64,000 bases of DNA from Rhynchobatus australiae (GCA_034780895.1 JAUZTB010000135.1:74018331-74082330); one strand, 5' to 3'; counted from the stretch's first letter, positions 43,576 through 57,960 are shown. Notes: generated by a model not told the origin, from the letters alone. Numbers and translations are program-made.

Positions 43576-45909
43576 ATAAGGCAATTTGTAAGTAATGTTC
43601 TAAAATTACTATGTCCCAAGTATGTATGAAGCTTCAACTAGTGAGCAGTAGTGAGCCATTGATTTAAACTGCTAATAAGACTTTCAAAAAAATTCTTACA
43701 AAATAAAAGGAGGGATGAGTAAGATGAATCATAAAATCTTAGTTATTGTGCTGAGATTACTGATTTAACTATATAAAAGAATGACTTCAAGGGTTTAACT
43801 TTTAAAAGCTCAAACCCTCAGTCCTGCAGAGCACATCTCAAAGAAGAGAGCTTGAAATACACAAGTATTGAAGAATTTGGTAACACAATTACCAAGATAG
43901 CAGACCTAAAGCACAAAATTTGAAGTGTAGATTTCAAAGTTAGTTTACGCAGGAAAGTTAGGCATATGCATGTAGCCTAATTCAAAACTAAATAGCCAGG
44001 TGTTTTTGTCCTTTGTTTTCTTCTGCACGTGGGATTTCTTATTATTTTGGTCCATGCTATGGGTGCGGCAGAAAGAGTGGTCAGATTCGGATGTGTGTCA
44101 ACCTCTCGCTGTCTTCAATAAGTTTTATAATTGAAACAGATTTTGTAGTCTTCGCCATAGTTAAAGGTTAACTATTTTTGTAGTACTGTCAGGGTAACTT
44201 CCAATTCGCAATTGAACAAAATGTCGATTTTAATTTGTGTTGTTGTGCACAGAAATGGCCTTTTTCAATGATAAGTAAATTGGAAGAGGCAATTACTAAA
44301 TTTGAGACTACCAATCCCAATTCACAGTAACATTGAATTTCTAATTTTTGTAAATTCTTTGAGTGATGCCTGTGCACAGTCAGAATAAAAGGTATTTATT
44401 TTCTGGTCTTAAACAGTTTTGTAGTTTATCTATCAACTTGGGACTATGTTGTAGAACAGGTTAGTTTTTGAATTTAAGAAATACCTCAGACACAATTCTC
44501 ATTTATACTGAAACTCTTATTTCTACAAAACTCATTTATTCAGAGAGTATTGGTATGCTAGATTTATTAACATGCTAATTGTAAATTCAGAATATGATTT
44601 AAAATTGTGTAGATAATTGGCACTTAAAAAAGAGAAACACCATTTTCAATGTAATGTACAGATATGGCAAACTTGCACTACATGAAATTCATCATAAAAT
44701 CCATCCCCTTGAGTCTGCATGTATGTACTTGTAGAAACAGTAAACAGAAAATGCAGTCAGTCAACATTTTCTGTTCACCAGATCATTGCATTGTGATAAC
44801 TAATGATGGCTAACAAAAGTTATGATGGAAACCAAATCATTCAGTGATTTAAAATATTTGAAGATATGTTGCTGTTTTCCCCTTGGACTTTTCTAGTTCC
44901 AACAAAACATGTAATACAGGAATGAAATTATAAGATTTACTTAAGATATGTCTCGTTGGGCTAAACTAGCTTTGTTTGGCAAGTTGGATTCCAACGGGTG
45001 GTGTGAACACTCAGGGTAATCCTTAATCCCAGGTGCTAAAAGATGATTGGAGGAAAGAATCTTCTGTTGTTCATTTTTCAAATGGGGTTACTTTACCATA
45101 TTAACATACAAATCTTTGCAAAAATATATTTTAAGAAACTGTGACTACTGCCGAACAGGAAATGGCAGTTTTGGGGGCGAATACTGAGAAGTTTGAAGAG
45201 ACAGGAAATGCCAGAATGGATTTTTTCAGAACAGTCTGAGTTGAAGTCCAAGTTGTGTTCAGTTGCTGTAACTTGAGGATCCATGTTCACTGCATTTCTG
45301 CTACAACAGCTACAGGGAAGGTGTTCATGGCAGCCAAAAGGACCTGCCAATAACTCTTACAGCATACAAAGAAATAATTAAGAGTATTGGGGGTTAGAGT
45401 GGGGTTAGGATAAGTGAAAGAATTTTAAAAACTTGATTTTGTTCTTGCCCATGAACTTCCATCAGGTTTTGATAGCACTCAGACTTGAAGTCAATGAGCT
45501 GCCTGTTAGTTGTGCCTAAGAGCTGTTTATGGAGAGAAGCTGGATCTATGTTGTAATTTCTCCCCTTAATTGTAAGTAAAATCAAGCTCTCAAATGTAAA
45601 GAATTGTGCTTTGATCCCTCCCATATAGCATTCTAATATTATAAAAAGTTTACTACATTTTCCAGTGATTTGGCTGCAAGTTAAAAGCATGATTTAATTA
45701 TTTCTCACAAATGTGTGATTGGTTTAATATACAGCACTTCCAGATGAGCCACTTTCCCCCCACAAGTTATAGAAGGTGCCATTCCAGGGCAATAGAGTGA
45801 ATTGCTTATATCACACTGCCAAAATGGATGTTGTTCTTGGTGAGCTTGCAAGTCTGGGAGAAAACAAAATGAAACTGGTCCCATCATTAGGACATTTTGC
45901 TACATTACA

Positions 45910-46290
45910 ACAGGTCCCATCTGATTAAAAGTATACAAAATTTATGGTAGGCATAGATGGGATAGATAATGAGTCTTATTCCCAGGATGGAAATATCAAA
46001 TACTAGAGGGCATAGCTTTAAGGTGAGAGGGGGAAAGTTTAAAGGAGATTTACATGGCACATTTTATTTTTACACAGCGGTAGGTGCCTGGAACATGCTG
46101 GAGGGAAGTGGTGGAAATGGATACAATAGCAATGTGTGAGGTATTTAGACAGATGCATGAACAGGCAGGGAATTGTGAGATCTAGACCATGAGCAGGCAG
46201 ATCTTCAGTTTAAATTGGCATTGTGGTTGGCACAGACGTTATGGGCTGAAGGGGCTATTTCTGTGCTGAACTGCTCTATGTTCTATGTTT
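45910..46290 (+). mobile_element. CR1 3' end
   Basis: aaatactagagggcatagctttaaggtgagagggggaaagtttaaaggag...atgggctgaaggggctatttctgtgctgaactgctctatgttctatg. Confidence 0.88.
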
Positions 46291-46789
46291 TTCCAAGTAT
46301 TCCTGAATTGGGTGCAGGATTTTTTGTTAATCTCCTCAGTCGATGTGTAGTGCTATTATTCTTGCTCTCTGCCTAGCAGCCACGGTCGAAGAGCTTGCTG
46401 TTCTACTGGCTGGCTTCTTTACCCACTAGACCATTAGGATAGTTTTTTTTAAACTTGACTATCTGAGAGACTATGGATGTTCAAAGCCTTTGTGACTGAT
46501 TCTCATTTTACAAATGAAACTCTAGGTGAAAGCTTCCGCTGATATTGAAAGGGCTTGGCTCAAATTGTTGCAAAATGAATTGTTGGCATTTCCTGTTCAA
46601 AATTTAATTGAAAGAAAGCTTGAATGTCTTATGACTACAGAAAGTTTTTTTTCTAGGGGTTACCTTCCCACTTGATTTTAATGGAGATAAAAAGAAAATG
46701 AATTAATTTATTTGAATGCAGATATGGGAAAAGGTTATCCAGTCTACTTGTTTTGGAAACTGATTTGATCATTTAATGTGCTCAATATT

Positions 46790-47015
46790 CCCTTAAAACA
46801 CTTCACATGCTGTTAATCACTTTAAGGTACTGTGATGTAGAAATGCAGCCGCCATTTTGAAGACTGCTTCATTTGACTGACAGTTATCATATAAATAGCC
46901 ATGTAATCTGTTGTTCATCAAGCCATTGAAGAGATTTCATCCTTCAAATAGTGCTACAGTGCCTTGAATGTATAATGAACACTTAAAAGCTTCGGGTCTG
47001 TCTCATCTGAAGACT
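46790..47015 (-). mobile_element. Degenerate Deu-domain SINE
   Basis: tgtgatgtagaaatgcagccgccattttg...taatctgtt...cttcaaatagtgctac...gtctcatctgaagac. Confidence 0.55.
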
Positions 47016-48089
47016 ATTATATTTCTAGTGATTCTCTCAATTCTAGAATTGATCCATTTCCCCTTTGAATACTTCAATTAGGTAAAACACTAGGTGGCAC
47101 TCTGCTCTATGTCGAATCTTAGCANNNNNNNNNNNNNNNNNNNNNNNNNNNNNNNNNNNNNNNNNNNNNNNNNNNNNNNNNNNNNNNNNNNNNNNNNNNN
47201 NNNNNNNNNNNNNNNNNNNNNNNNNNNNNNNNNNNNNNNNNNNNNNNNNNNNNNNNNNNNNNNNNNNNNNNNNNNNNNNNNNNNNNNNNNNNNNNNNNNN
47301 NNNNNNNNNNNNNGAAATGGTTGAGGATGGGTGAAGATTTTTTAAGCTGGTTGGGAGGTGGAAACAATATCCCCAAACTTATTAATATTTGAATGTTCTT
47401 GTAGATCATCAAATAGAACCATCTTTTTGACAGCAAGTGTCACTGTGCAATTTGAAATTACTCTGTTGAACTAGTATGTCTAGATTTTATTCTATTCATT
47501 TAAATGTAATCATGTTTCCAATTCCTTGGTGTATTTCACTATACTTGAGTGCTAAATTGCATGTGTTATCAAGTACCTAGTTACTATTTGTAAGATGCCT
47601 GCATCTTGCTTTACTTAAAGCAAGGTTTTTTCATCACTAACGGACTGGATAGATTAGTCAAGTTTTTCTAAATGTTGGAAACTGGAGTGCTGACGGGTGA
47701 GCCTCAGATAGCTGATCAGTTGATCACTGCAAGGAAACACAATTATTGGTTATTTAAGTAGTCATTGTGTTGCTTTCTTTAATCTCAATGTATTTCAGTT
47801 CAGAAACAAGTCAGTTTTGAGGAGCTTTACTTCAAAGTCATATTAAATCCCAAATATTGACACGTGAAATCTGATGGATTTAATAGTCAACCTTTTTGGA
47901 TAAAAATGTCTGCTATTACTAAAATTGAATTGCCTTGTAATTCATTTTGGAGTTAAGCTATGGACCGTGCTGTCACAAAGACTTCCCATTTTCCTGTAAT
48001 ATTGTTTGTCTCAAGCCTCAATTTATCTACTCAAATGTTCATTCATACATTTCTAATGTTTCACCTTACGACCTCCCTTGTTCTATACT

Positions 48090-48620
48090 TCATAAATATG
48101 TCACCCAAAGCTCTGCTACCTGAAACCTAATTCACACCAATTCTGCTCATGCGCACACCCGTGCTTGCTGATCTATACTGGCTCCTGGTTAAGCAATATC
48201 TCACTTAAAAATTCTCATCCTTGTTTTCAAATTCCTCTGCAGTCTTGACCCTCCCTATTGCTGTAATCTCCAATTGTAGAATAACTCTGAGATGCCAGGG
48301 TTCCTCTAGTTCTGGTGGCTGTCCTTTCAACTCTCAAGCCCTTAATTTCTACATAATTATAGTAATTTGGGGTCACTGACTAATCTGCCATCCTTGTTGG
48401 AGCTCCATTTTGCAATATCTAGAAAAAGTTGAATAACACATCCAAGTTTGCAGATGATAAAAGAATTTCTTTCCTAAACCCCTCTTTTTATCAAAAAGGC
48501 TTTTGGTAATTTATTCTAATCTTGTGCAGCTTGGGCTGGTCTTTGAGAACACTCCATGGAAGCACCTTGGGGTATTTTGCTACATTGCAGGTGAAGTACA
48601 ATGGAACTTGCTGTTTTACC
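48090..48620 (+). mobile_element. L2 LINE 3' fragment
   Basis: cacccgtgcttgctgatctatactggctcctggttaagcaa...aaaattctcatccttgttttcaaattcctc encodes the L2 TPVLADL.WL.V...KILILVFK motif; tail gaagcaccttggggtattttgctacatt. Confidence 0.75.
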
Positions 48621-49699
48621 TAGAGACTGATAGGAAATCATCCATCCTCTAGTTTTTCTGCTACTGTACTCTGGCAACTAGTTCATTCTTTGTATATTCA
48701 GTTTGATATACCTGCATTTAACCATGCAGTTTTGTTACCTGCTACTTTTGCAAGTTCTTGTATTTTCATTACCTGTAACTTTTGAAAAGTGCTTTACATT
48801 ATTTCTTTGAAAATTCTCAGATTTCTAATCCTTCTCTTACAAGTAATCTCAGACTAAATCAAGTGCAACATGATCTTATCCTACCTTGTTTCAGCTAAAT
48901 ATTCAGCTTGCACTGTAGAAGGCATTGTTGCATAATTTGATTGGAAAGAGGTAAGATTGACAAAAATCNNNNNNNNNNNNNNNNNNNNNNNNNNNNNNNN
49001 NTTCCAGGTTAGAGAAGCAGAATAATTTTGGAAACTGATACAATTCATATAGCATCCAGATCAGTGACTCATTGATATTAATCAGATCAACAAGTAAACA
49101 AGTTGAAAGATCACAGAAGTTTTGCAAATCTTAGATTCCTATAGAAATCTGATTTTCTTATCTGCTGGTTCAATTTGCATAGCTCTGATTTTTTAAAAAA
49201 ACTGTATATTGTCTTTTGAAGATGGAAATGACTTCGTTTTGNNNNNNNNNNGAGGGCTAAAATATTGACTGAAGGTTTAATGGAAGTTTGTCATTTGTCT
49301 TTCCTCACCAATGAATACTATGTTTGCAGGTAATGAGTGTCATATGATGATATTAGAACTGTTTGATTCCCAAAGAATAGTCATGAATTGTGCCAGATGA
49401 TATTGAGTTAATGTTCCCTTTTGACCCACTAATTCTTGTTCCTGGGTATTGCTGGAAATCTTTAGTAGAGATTCTAAATCTGTAAATTAAAGTCTTTGGT
49501 AAAGGGCACATTCCAAGTTCTGAGGATGGTCCAGAATTGGACCATAGACTAACTTGGTTGCAAATTCATTCCTGTTTCTTTTCCATATCTTAATAGTGCA
49601 TCAGCTGCTTTAATAAAGCAGTGTTTAAGTTTTAGAGCTTTACTGGAGAAGTAGAGAATAAGGGAAGACAACTCTGCCCAACTCATTCTCCATAAAGAT

Positions 49700-51300
49700 A
49701 GAAGAGCTTGGCCACAGCCTTATCATAACAAATGCTACTTCATCAGAGGACAAGAACAAGACTATGGTGATGCTTCTGATTCAGGCAGTGGCCCCTGTTA
49801 GGTTATCATCATCCAATAAGAATGACTGGGAACTAAATAACCCCAAATGCTGTTCTTGGATTGGTGATTTCACCATAGATCAAGGCAAAGAAAACTGCTC
49901 TATGGGCATCTCAAGGAAGGTGTTTAACAGAAACCCTTGACCTAAAGAACAGCCGGTGAGTGGAAGAGCACAGGAAATCCAGCAACTCATTGCTAACCAT
50001 GGCAACGGATTCTTCAGCACTGTCAAGATATTCCATAATCTAAATGCTTAAGAGTTCTGAGAGCCAAGAACAGAGCCAAGCTATGCAGAATAAAGGGCCA
50101 GTAGTCCACACTTGTTGGAAGGAGCACTTCAAAGAACTCGTCAATTGTCTCTTGACTCAGATTGTAGTAATGATAGAAGGTCGAGCTGCTGTTTGCCAAA
50201 GCATTGTCATCCCAAGGGCCCTCCTATCAGTGGTGGAAGAGTTGCTTCTTGAATCTCTAGATTCTTTGCATCCTGAGGCGAAGAGGATCACATCATCATC
50301 ACGTGACAGCTTTGAGAAATATTGGCAGTTTTTAATTTGATTTCAAAACAATTCAATTTCTCCAATTGGGCAGGGATGGGTGGAAAATCCTTCTGCCCTA
50401 TGATGCTCATATTCATTTTTTGTGTATATTACATGATATGCATGCTATGACTTTAAGCACAGGACTGTAGCAGATTCAATTTGAGTACAGATTTGGTATC
50501 AAGCGAGGCTGCCTCATCCTCCAAACACTTCTTGAATCTTCTGTCACTACTGTAGCACCTCACCACAAACTCCACTCCACTAGGAAGCATATTTGCCTTG
50601 AGGACACAATTCAATATCTGTCACCTCCATTCCAGGACCAAGGTTGCCCCATCCTCTGTATGTGCACTTGTGAAGAGAGCTCAGTCATCAACTTGTTTCT
50701 NNNNNNNNNNNNNNNNNNNNNNNNNNNNNNNNNNNNNNNNNNNNNNNNNNNNNNNNNNNNNNNNNNNNNNNNNNNNNNNNNCATAGTGAATCATACTTCT
50801 ATTTTCAGTATCTGCGACTCATTGACAGAAACATACAAGGAAAGGGCCTTGCACACTACAAAGCAAAGGTCATCTATCAACCTGACCCTTCTATCAACAA
50901 CATCCCTGAAGGGTCTGGAAAATATGGACCAATTTTCATATCTCAGGTGCTACCTCATAGCAATATCCAGTGGAGATGATGAAATTCACCTTTGGCTTCA
51001 GTGCATCCTGTCTTTACTGTATGCTTTTGAGATACACTGGTAAGAAAAGTGAGCTGATGTCAGCACCCATTTCAGGGCCAACATCCCCAACATCAAAGAG
51101 CCAATTACAGTTGACCAGTTCTAATTAACATGCTGTAATTAATTTGCATACCTGGCAGCAGACTCTTGAAGCGCGCTCTATTCCAAAAGCAGTCACGACA
51201 AGGAAAATAGTTCAAGGATGTTTCCAAATGTGTAACACTACTTGGCCTCTGGTCTAAAATAGCAGAGGAGCATTCAGGATAGGCACTATATTGATCGTGA
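49700..51300 (+). mobile_element. Decayed RTE-clade LINE
   Basis: ggtatcaagcgaggctgcctcatc (GVKQGC-like), LENMDQFSYL (LENVDHFPYLG-like), WKEHFKEL. Confidence 0.65.
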
Positions 51301-52669
51301 GTGACTGCCTCATAGTTTTGTACAGGAAATTTGGTTGCATGCATTGTAATTGTGTTAGATTAATTGCATTTTAAAGTTTCAATATGTTCATTTGGGCCAG
51401 AGCATGAATTTAGTAACAAACTAGCAATATATGGCACTAATCTGTGGTAAATACATACTTTATGAATTTTTTGTTTTGATTTCCTGGTAGGTGCTGTCTT
51501 GATTGTAATGGCAGGTCTGGTGATCTCTTTTGAGATTCTGTTTGAGTCTGTGAAATGGCAAAAAAAAAGGTCTGACACCTGACTAAGCCTTATCAATTGG
51601 TATAGAAAACTATGTAGGCTGGTAGAGTACAGGATGGCTAATCTGTATGGTATCACTCTGAGATTTAGTGATTTGCAGGTGAATTTTGTTGTTGTGAAGG
51701 GCATTGCTTTAGGTATCTCCAATTAAAATTTATAGCAAATATGAGAAATTTATAGGTTAGTATTGGGATTGTTTAGATCTTTGATCGATATGGAGAAACT
51801 GAAAAGTTGCACCAATAGTAGTCAATGTTGATAGTAAAATTGTGACTAGATTGAAATGCTGTTTCTATAAAACTTGATCTGTCCCAAAATTTTCCTCCAT
51901 CTAATAATGAACAGTATTGTGTGTGCTCTAAGAATCTTTGGTGAAGAGATCAATGAACCTTTGATGTTTTAACATTAAATATTGAAAATGTCATAGTTGT
52001 AAGTCCTTTGTTATAAGTGATCTGTGTATTTTTATAAAATGCTTTTGAGGAATAGGTTGCTGAACTTGTTATGATTTTGTAATAAATGGTAGTTGGTATC
52101 AATTTCTTTGCTATAGTAGAAAATGGATTCCTGTCCATGTTTGATTGTTCATAATCTAAAATACTAGTGTTAATGATCCCGGCAGATCTAGTCTGACAGA
52201 TGAGTTTCAGCTGTAAACTGTTCACTATTTACATATGTAGATTTTGAAGGCCAGTACACCAATCTATAGAATGTTGGCAATTAAAATTTTGAGATTCTCA
52301 ACTGATGGATTCCTAATAATATTTCTCAGATTTTGGGAAGTTGTAAAGCATCTGACAAGCCCTCCATAGCTTTTATACTTGGATAACTTGCTGCTTAAAA
52401 ATAATTAAGAATTTTTTTTTTCTCTCTCTGCTTAAGGATTTTTTTGTCATCTGCTGTTGACTTTTCTTTAAAATACCCAAAAAATTTGATAGGTTTTTTT
52501 TCTGGCTGTATGCAAAGGCAGTGCATTTTGTCCTATTTGATCACTTATTTCAAAACTAAGTTTTCTCTATGATTGATCTTATGATATTCTCTTTGGCTAT
52601 CAGGGTGACTGGAAGAAATGCTGATTAAATGATTGCAAAAATCTTATTGCATTGAACATATTGCAGTTT

Positions 52670-53200
52670 CTATGCCACACCTGGAGTACTATGCACAGTT
52701 TTTCCCTTTCCTAAGAAAGGATATAGCAGCACTGGCGGCAGTCTGAAAGATTCACCAAGCCAATCCCTAGGATGAGAGGATTATTCTATCAAGAGGGGCT
52801 AAACAGATTGGGTCTGCATTGTTTTTGGAGTCTAGAAGAGAGGGGTGATCTTAGTGAAAGATTGCATCCCAAGGGGACATGTCTGGGTAGGTGTTGAGAC
52901 ATTGTCACCAGAAGTAGGGTCTCGAAGAGGAGGTACTTTCAAGATAAGGGACTGTTCATTCAATTTGGAGAAATGTAGTAATTTCTTACCTCCAGAAGGT
53001 GCTGAATTTCTGGAATTTTGTCCCAGAAAATTGTGGCAGCTAGCTCATATCTAAAGTGGAGGTAGATAAGTTTTTGAAAGATCAGGGTATAGAGGGCTTT
53101 GTGGATCTGGCATAGAGGAGAAGTTAAGGCCTGGGGTTGATCAGCTTATGATACTGAAAGGCAGGTAAAGTTGAGGGGTTAGGTGACTTCTTCCTATTTT
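52670..53200 (+). mobile_element. CR1 3' fragment
   Basis: gccacacctggagtactatgcacagttt...agaaaggatata...gattcaccaag...gatcagcttatgatactgaaaggcagg. Confidence 0.8.
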
Positions 53201-54379
53201 GTTGAGTGGAGCAACTGCTTTAGTTTGGGAAAGTTATCCTGTGGGAGCAAAAATTTATTTGGAATATGAAATTTCTTCTGTCATTGAGGTCATTGCTAAA
53301 TATCTTTCCAAAATTGTATAGCTATCTAATTTGCTCTCTTGGAATACTTGTATTTGGTTCTGCAGCTGGTAGAAAGTGAGTGAAGCCAGTAATTTAGGTC
53401 AAGTAGATGAAGACTGAATCGGAGCTTCTCAAATTTCCTAAATCAAAAAACATTAGATAGCAAGAGAATCAAATTATTAGGATAATTGTGGTGCAGTATT
53501 GGGGCTATTTATTACTGCTAATCAAAACCCAAATCAAAGGACAATAATGGAGTTCAGAGGATTTCTCAATTTTATGAAATCTGCAATACTAATTTTTAGA
53601 TTGCCGTGATTGGTCATTTGGAAAAATTGCAAAACTTAAGATACCAACAATCAAAAGTTGTATTTAAACTATGATTAGAAATGCAAGAACTACAAATCTG
53701 GATTTGGAAAAAAAAATGAACAAACATGCTACCAAGAGCCACCTGAACTTGTTTGCCAATAGAAGCAAATCTTTTTTTAGATAAAAGACAATCATATGCA
53801 ATATTTTATAATCATAGTTTTACTTTTTCATCGACGTACGTGAAATCTTTTGACTTTCTCAGTAATGGCCTAAAGTATCTCAATGATATAGCCTGAATGG
53901 TAAAGTTACAACACTGAAAGTATGTAACTCTTCCAAATTGATAAGTTTAAGAATGAGCCAGAGTTAAAACTAATGATCTTGTTGACTGTTCAGGGTAGCC
54001 TCTTCATTATTTCTGAAATATGCTTAATTTTATCATGGGGGGGATATAGCCCAGATGTTTTGAGCTCAGATGAGATGCAAGTGTCACCAAATTCAATATG
54101 TTGACTTGGAGCATAAGAGAAATATACTTAATGTATACAGTGTTTACAAACAAAGTGACTTGTTTAATGAAAGACTGGTGAGGCACTTAAGAAAGCTATC
54201 TTATGGTATCTGTCAAGTTAGTACTGATTTAAGGGAGTTCTCTGTGATAAGTTAGCAAACAGTGAATTGACTTTCAGTGTAGTATAAATTGGAAGAATCT
54301 ATGGAAAGTGCTTGGAGAAGTCAATCTCTTCATTTGGGCCATCTGTTTAAATTAGAATCTGCTGTTTGATTCAAAATAA

Positions 54380-55960
54380 AATACTGTTGGAAAACTGGAA
54401 TTAAAAACAGAATGTTGGGGAAAAACTTGGATCATGCAACATCTGTGGAGAGAGAGACATTAAAACTGGTAAAAGTAAAAGATGTAACCCTTATAAACAT
54501 AGGGAGTGAATGTTGGTGGTAGGGCTCAAAACTGGAGAGAAAATGATTTGTAGAAGGTGGAATGTAACAAGACAATTAAGGGAACAAAAGATGGGTCTCA
54601 AGTTGAAACTGAAACAAAATCCCTGGCCACAGCTGTTTTTGTTAAAATGGGTATTTTAATTAAAGTAAAAAGTGAGAAGATCTTGGTTATGATTGTGGTT
54701 TAAGAAAAGGCCTTCCTCAAAACTTTCACCTCATCTGCATTTAAACTTTTGAATATGGAGGCAACCAAGTTGTAAGCAAAATATGTACAAAAAAGTACAA
54801 ATACATTTTACTTGGGTTGTGTATCAGTTCCTGGGTGGCAGTAAGTTTGTGTGCTTGCACATGAAAATGGCCATGAGGGAAGAGGAAGGGATTTTGGAGT
54901 GGTTAAAGTTTGTCCCAGATGTTGCAGAGGGAATGGTTTCTTTCAGGTTTTAATAGGTGAGGTAAGAGTTGATGTGTTGTATAGCATTAAGCAGCAATTG
55001 GTGTTGTATAATTTGTCAAATTAGGAAATAGGTTTTTCTTTACCTTTTTCCGCCCATCTGTTTGCTAGAAGAGGAAGAGGCAGGAGATGAGGTAAAGATT
55101 GCGGGTGGTCCTTGCCTCTGAGGATGAGGAAATTTTTTGATCAGTAATATGGTAGATGGCATTCAAAATGAATGAGTAAGAAATGGTAAATAGAATAAAT
55201 GGTAAATGAGCAAGCCAGAGATGATTGCTAAGCAAGTAGAAAAGTGGTTGTGAAAGCAAGTTATAGTAGATATTTGATAAAGAAGAGAAACTAACTCAAA
55301 ATGAAATCCCATCTAAGAGGAATAGGACTTCATGTTGAAGACAGCTAGAAAATTGGTAGCAAGTTAAATAGAGGGAATGATAGAAACATAGAATAAATGC
55401 AGGAAATTCTCAGGTCACTGAATGTCTGAAGAAAAATGGTTTGACCTTTCACCTGAGTTGGAATTGCAATTTTTTTCCAGCAAATATATAAGAAGGAATT
55501 TGGGTCATTTGACAATATTAGCAAGAAAAAAAAAGTATGGTGTGAGAGTGGAAGGTTGGAGCAATTAAACGTAACACTAGATTTGTGCAAGAAAAATGTG
55601 ACTTTGAACATGTGTGCCAATCTAAAGTAACTAGTTGAATGTTAAGAGACAAGAACTTGGCATAATTTGGATGAATTGGAGTTCATGAAAGACACATTGC
55701 TCTGAGCATTAATTATCTTGAGGTTCATGTGAAGGATGTTAAAACTCATCCAAAACTTGATTATAAGTGGTCTTAGAGGTGGGGAAGAGATGGTGGAGAA
55801 ATTGAATGGATGTATTCCGTTATGCTGTCCCAAGCCGTAAAAGGTGGCATATAACCAAATGGATCAGGTCCATGGGTAGAACTTTGCAGACTGGTGGTAA
55901 TGAGATGGAGAGAGAAATTTTCAAGAATAATTGGATTTGTAGTTGAGTAAACATAGGCAG
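54380..55960 (-). mobile_element. Highly decayed Penelope-like element
   Basis: Begins with the Penelope-derived terminal repeat (aactggaattaaaaacagaatg...gcaacatctgtggagagaga), followed by purine-rich, reverse-strand ORF-like remnants. Confidence 0.4.
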
Positions 55961-57289
55961 CCTTGTACAATGGAATAAAATATTTGGAGGTGATTGCTGT
56001 GCTTCACAGAAGCCTGCAGAAAGCTTGGAAAGGAATGTGTTCCTGTCACAGTCATGGAAAATGAATTTTAGTGATTAAGTACAATAGGCATGACAGAAGC
56101 TGGATAAGTATAGTTTAGTGCTAGGAGAGAATCTGTTCAAGTAAGTACCTTGGAAGAGAAAAGGGGTGAGTAATTACCAAGGAGGAATTATTCTTGTATT
56201 AAATTTTCTGTTGGAATTCCATCTGAATTTACTGACCGCTGGTATGTTTTTATATTTGTTCTTGAAAAGGGACTTCATTACCAAGACCTGCTTTGTTTCT
56301 CTTAATTGATCTTGAAAGTGGTGAGGAGCTGCTTGTTTTAATAGTTATAGTCAGTGTGGTGAAGGTACTGTTGTAGTGCTTGGATAGAACATTTCTTTTA
56401 AAGAAAAGCATGATTGGGCCATTTGGCCCTTGAATCAGTTCCGTCAGTCAACAAAACAATGGGTGATCTAGCTCAAAACTATTTTATGGCACCATCTCTA
56501 TATCCATTGAGTCCTCTAAAATTCAGAAATCTATCAGTCTCTTCTGATTGTAATCAACAACTGTCTCTGCAGCCTTCTGGGCTAGAGAATTCTAAAAATC
56601 TGCCACCTTCCAATAAGTTTTCCCTGTCTCAGTTCTAAATAGCTTACTATTTTAAGAAATTTCTGTTTAGTTCCCAACTGAAGTGGATACCTGATTCCAC
56701 CTTGTACTTCGTCTGCCACGTTGTTGCTCCCTCAATCATTTTGTCAATATCACTTAGGAAATATCTTTATCACTTTGGAAATTTGTTTAATGAATCTATT
56801 CTACAATGAAAGGTTTCATTTAATCTAATTCTTTGCTTAGTTTCACTTGATACAATAAATATGGGGAATGCATTTTGCTGCATTTCACCATCCATGTCAG
56901 TGAAGAAAAGGAAAGCCATGACCCTTGTAATGAACATGAATACTGTATAAAACAAAAACACAGGGAATGGGAGAAAAGACTTCTGTTGTTATCTGGGAAT
57001 TTCACCTTGTGGATCCTACTATTTCCACCATTTTGAAAAATAAAGCAGCAGTGAAGAGAATGACACAAACTTAGTGCCTCTTGCTGTAACATTGGAGGTA
57101 GAGATTTGATAGAGATGGAAGAGAGATTGAAGACAGGATCAATCTTTGTGATATGTAATGTGGCAGGACCTTAAGAAGCAGTGTGATGGGCAATAGGTTG
57201 AAGCATCTACGTCTATGGGACAAGCAGCCAGCTGAAGATTGTTGCTAGCTGCAGGTGTCTTGATTGCTTTCGTGAATGTTATCATTTGC

Positions 57290-57960
57290 ATTTGTTTAAG
57301 GTGGCTGGAGAAGGTGCTACTGTGGTTATTACTGCTGCTTAATGTTCTGAAGAGTTAATGTGCACCCCTAAAAGTTTAATTTTGATGCAATGGAACTTGA
57401 TTGGAAGACATTATCAAAACATACCTTCCCATCTTGGACCAAGATGTCTACCCCAAGATTTAAAGCACCAAAGGACTGTTTGACTTGTTTTCTTGGAGGA
57501 AATGCAAGTTTAAACCATGCATTACTATCACTCAATCCATGGCCTTTGAACGACATCAAAATTTGCTCCCCTAGTTTACATTTCTAATAGGAAGGCTTGG
57601 ATTACAGCAATCATGTTATGACTGCATGGTGAGAGATTGAAAGTGCAATTGAACAATACCATGAAAGAAATATGGCTGATGAGGCTTTATTGATTGTCAC
57701 CCCAGTTGCTTGTAGTCCATTTTGATGCATGTTGCAATGTTTGTGAAATTTTTGCCACCTAGTACTATAAGCTTCTTGCAGCCTTTGGACCAAGGTATTA
57801 TTTTGACATTCAAGGTTTATTATTTGCCATTGTATGATGTATCATGTGATTAGGGAAATCAAGAAAAATAATTCACCAGCACTTATTGTTATATGCAAGA
57901 AGTACATAAAGGCTGCAGTCAACACAGTAGCAGCTACTTGGGTTGAAGTGAAGCAAATAG
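57290..57960 (+). mobile_element. Tigger/pogo-family DNA transposon fossil (DDE transposase pseudogene)
   Basis: Translations FNFDAMELDWKTLSKHTF...PRFKAPKDCLTCFLGGNA, SNRKAWIT and FLPPSTISFLQPLDQGIILTFKVYYL match Tigger motifs FNVDET..YWK.MP.RT, GFKA.KDRLT.LLG.NA, NKAWMT and FLPPNTTS.LQPMDQGVI..FK.YY. Confidence 0.88.

Noticed and set aside
46848-46859. Perfect YY1 motif GCCGCCATTTTG
   Set aside because: Lies within a decayed Deu-SINE whose consensus is already similar here; no independent support.
1577-51043. Long ORFs in the track that consist mostly of X (e.g. 7894-8716, 34258-35031, 39807-40301)
   Set aside because: Artefacts of N runs lacking stop codons; no coding information.
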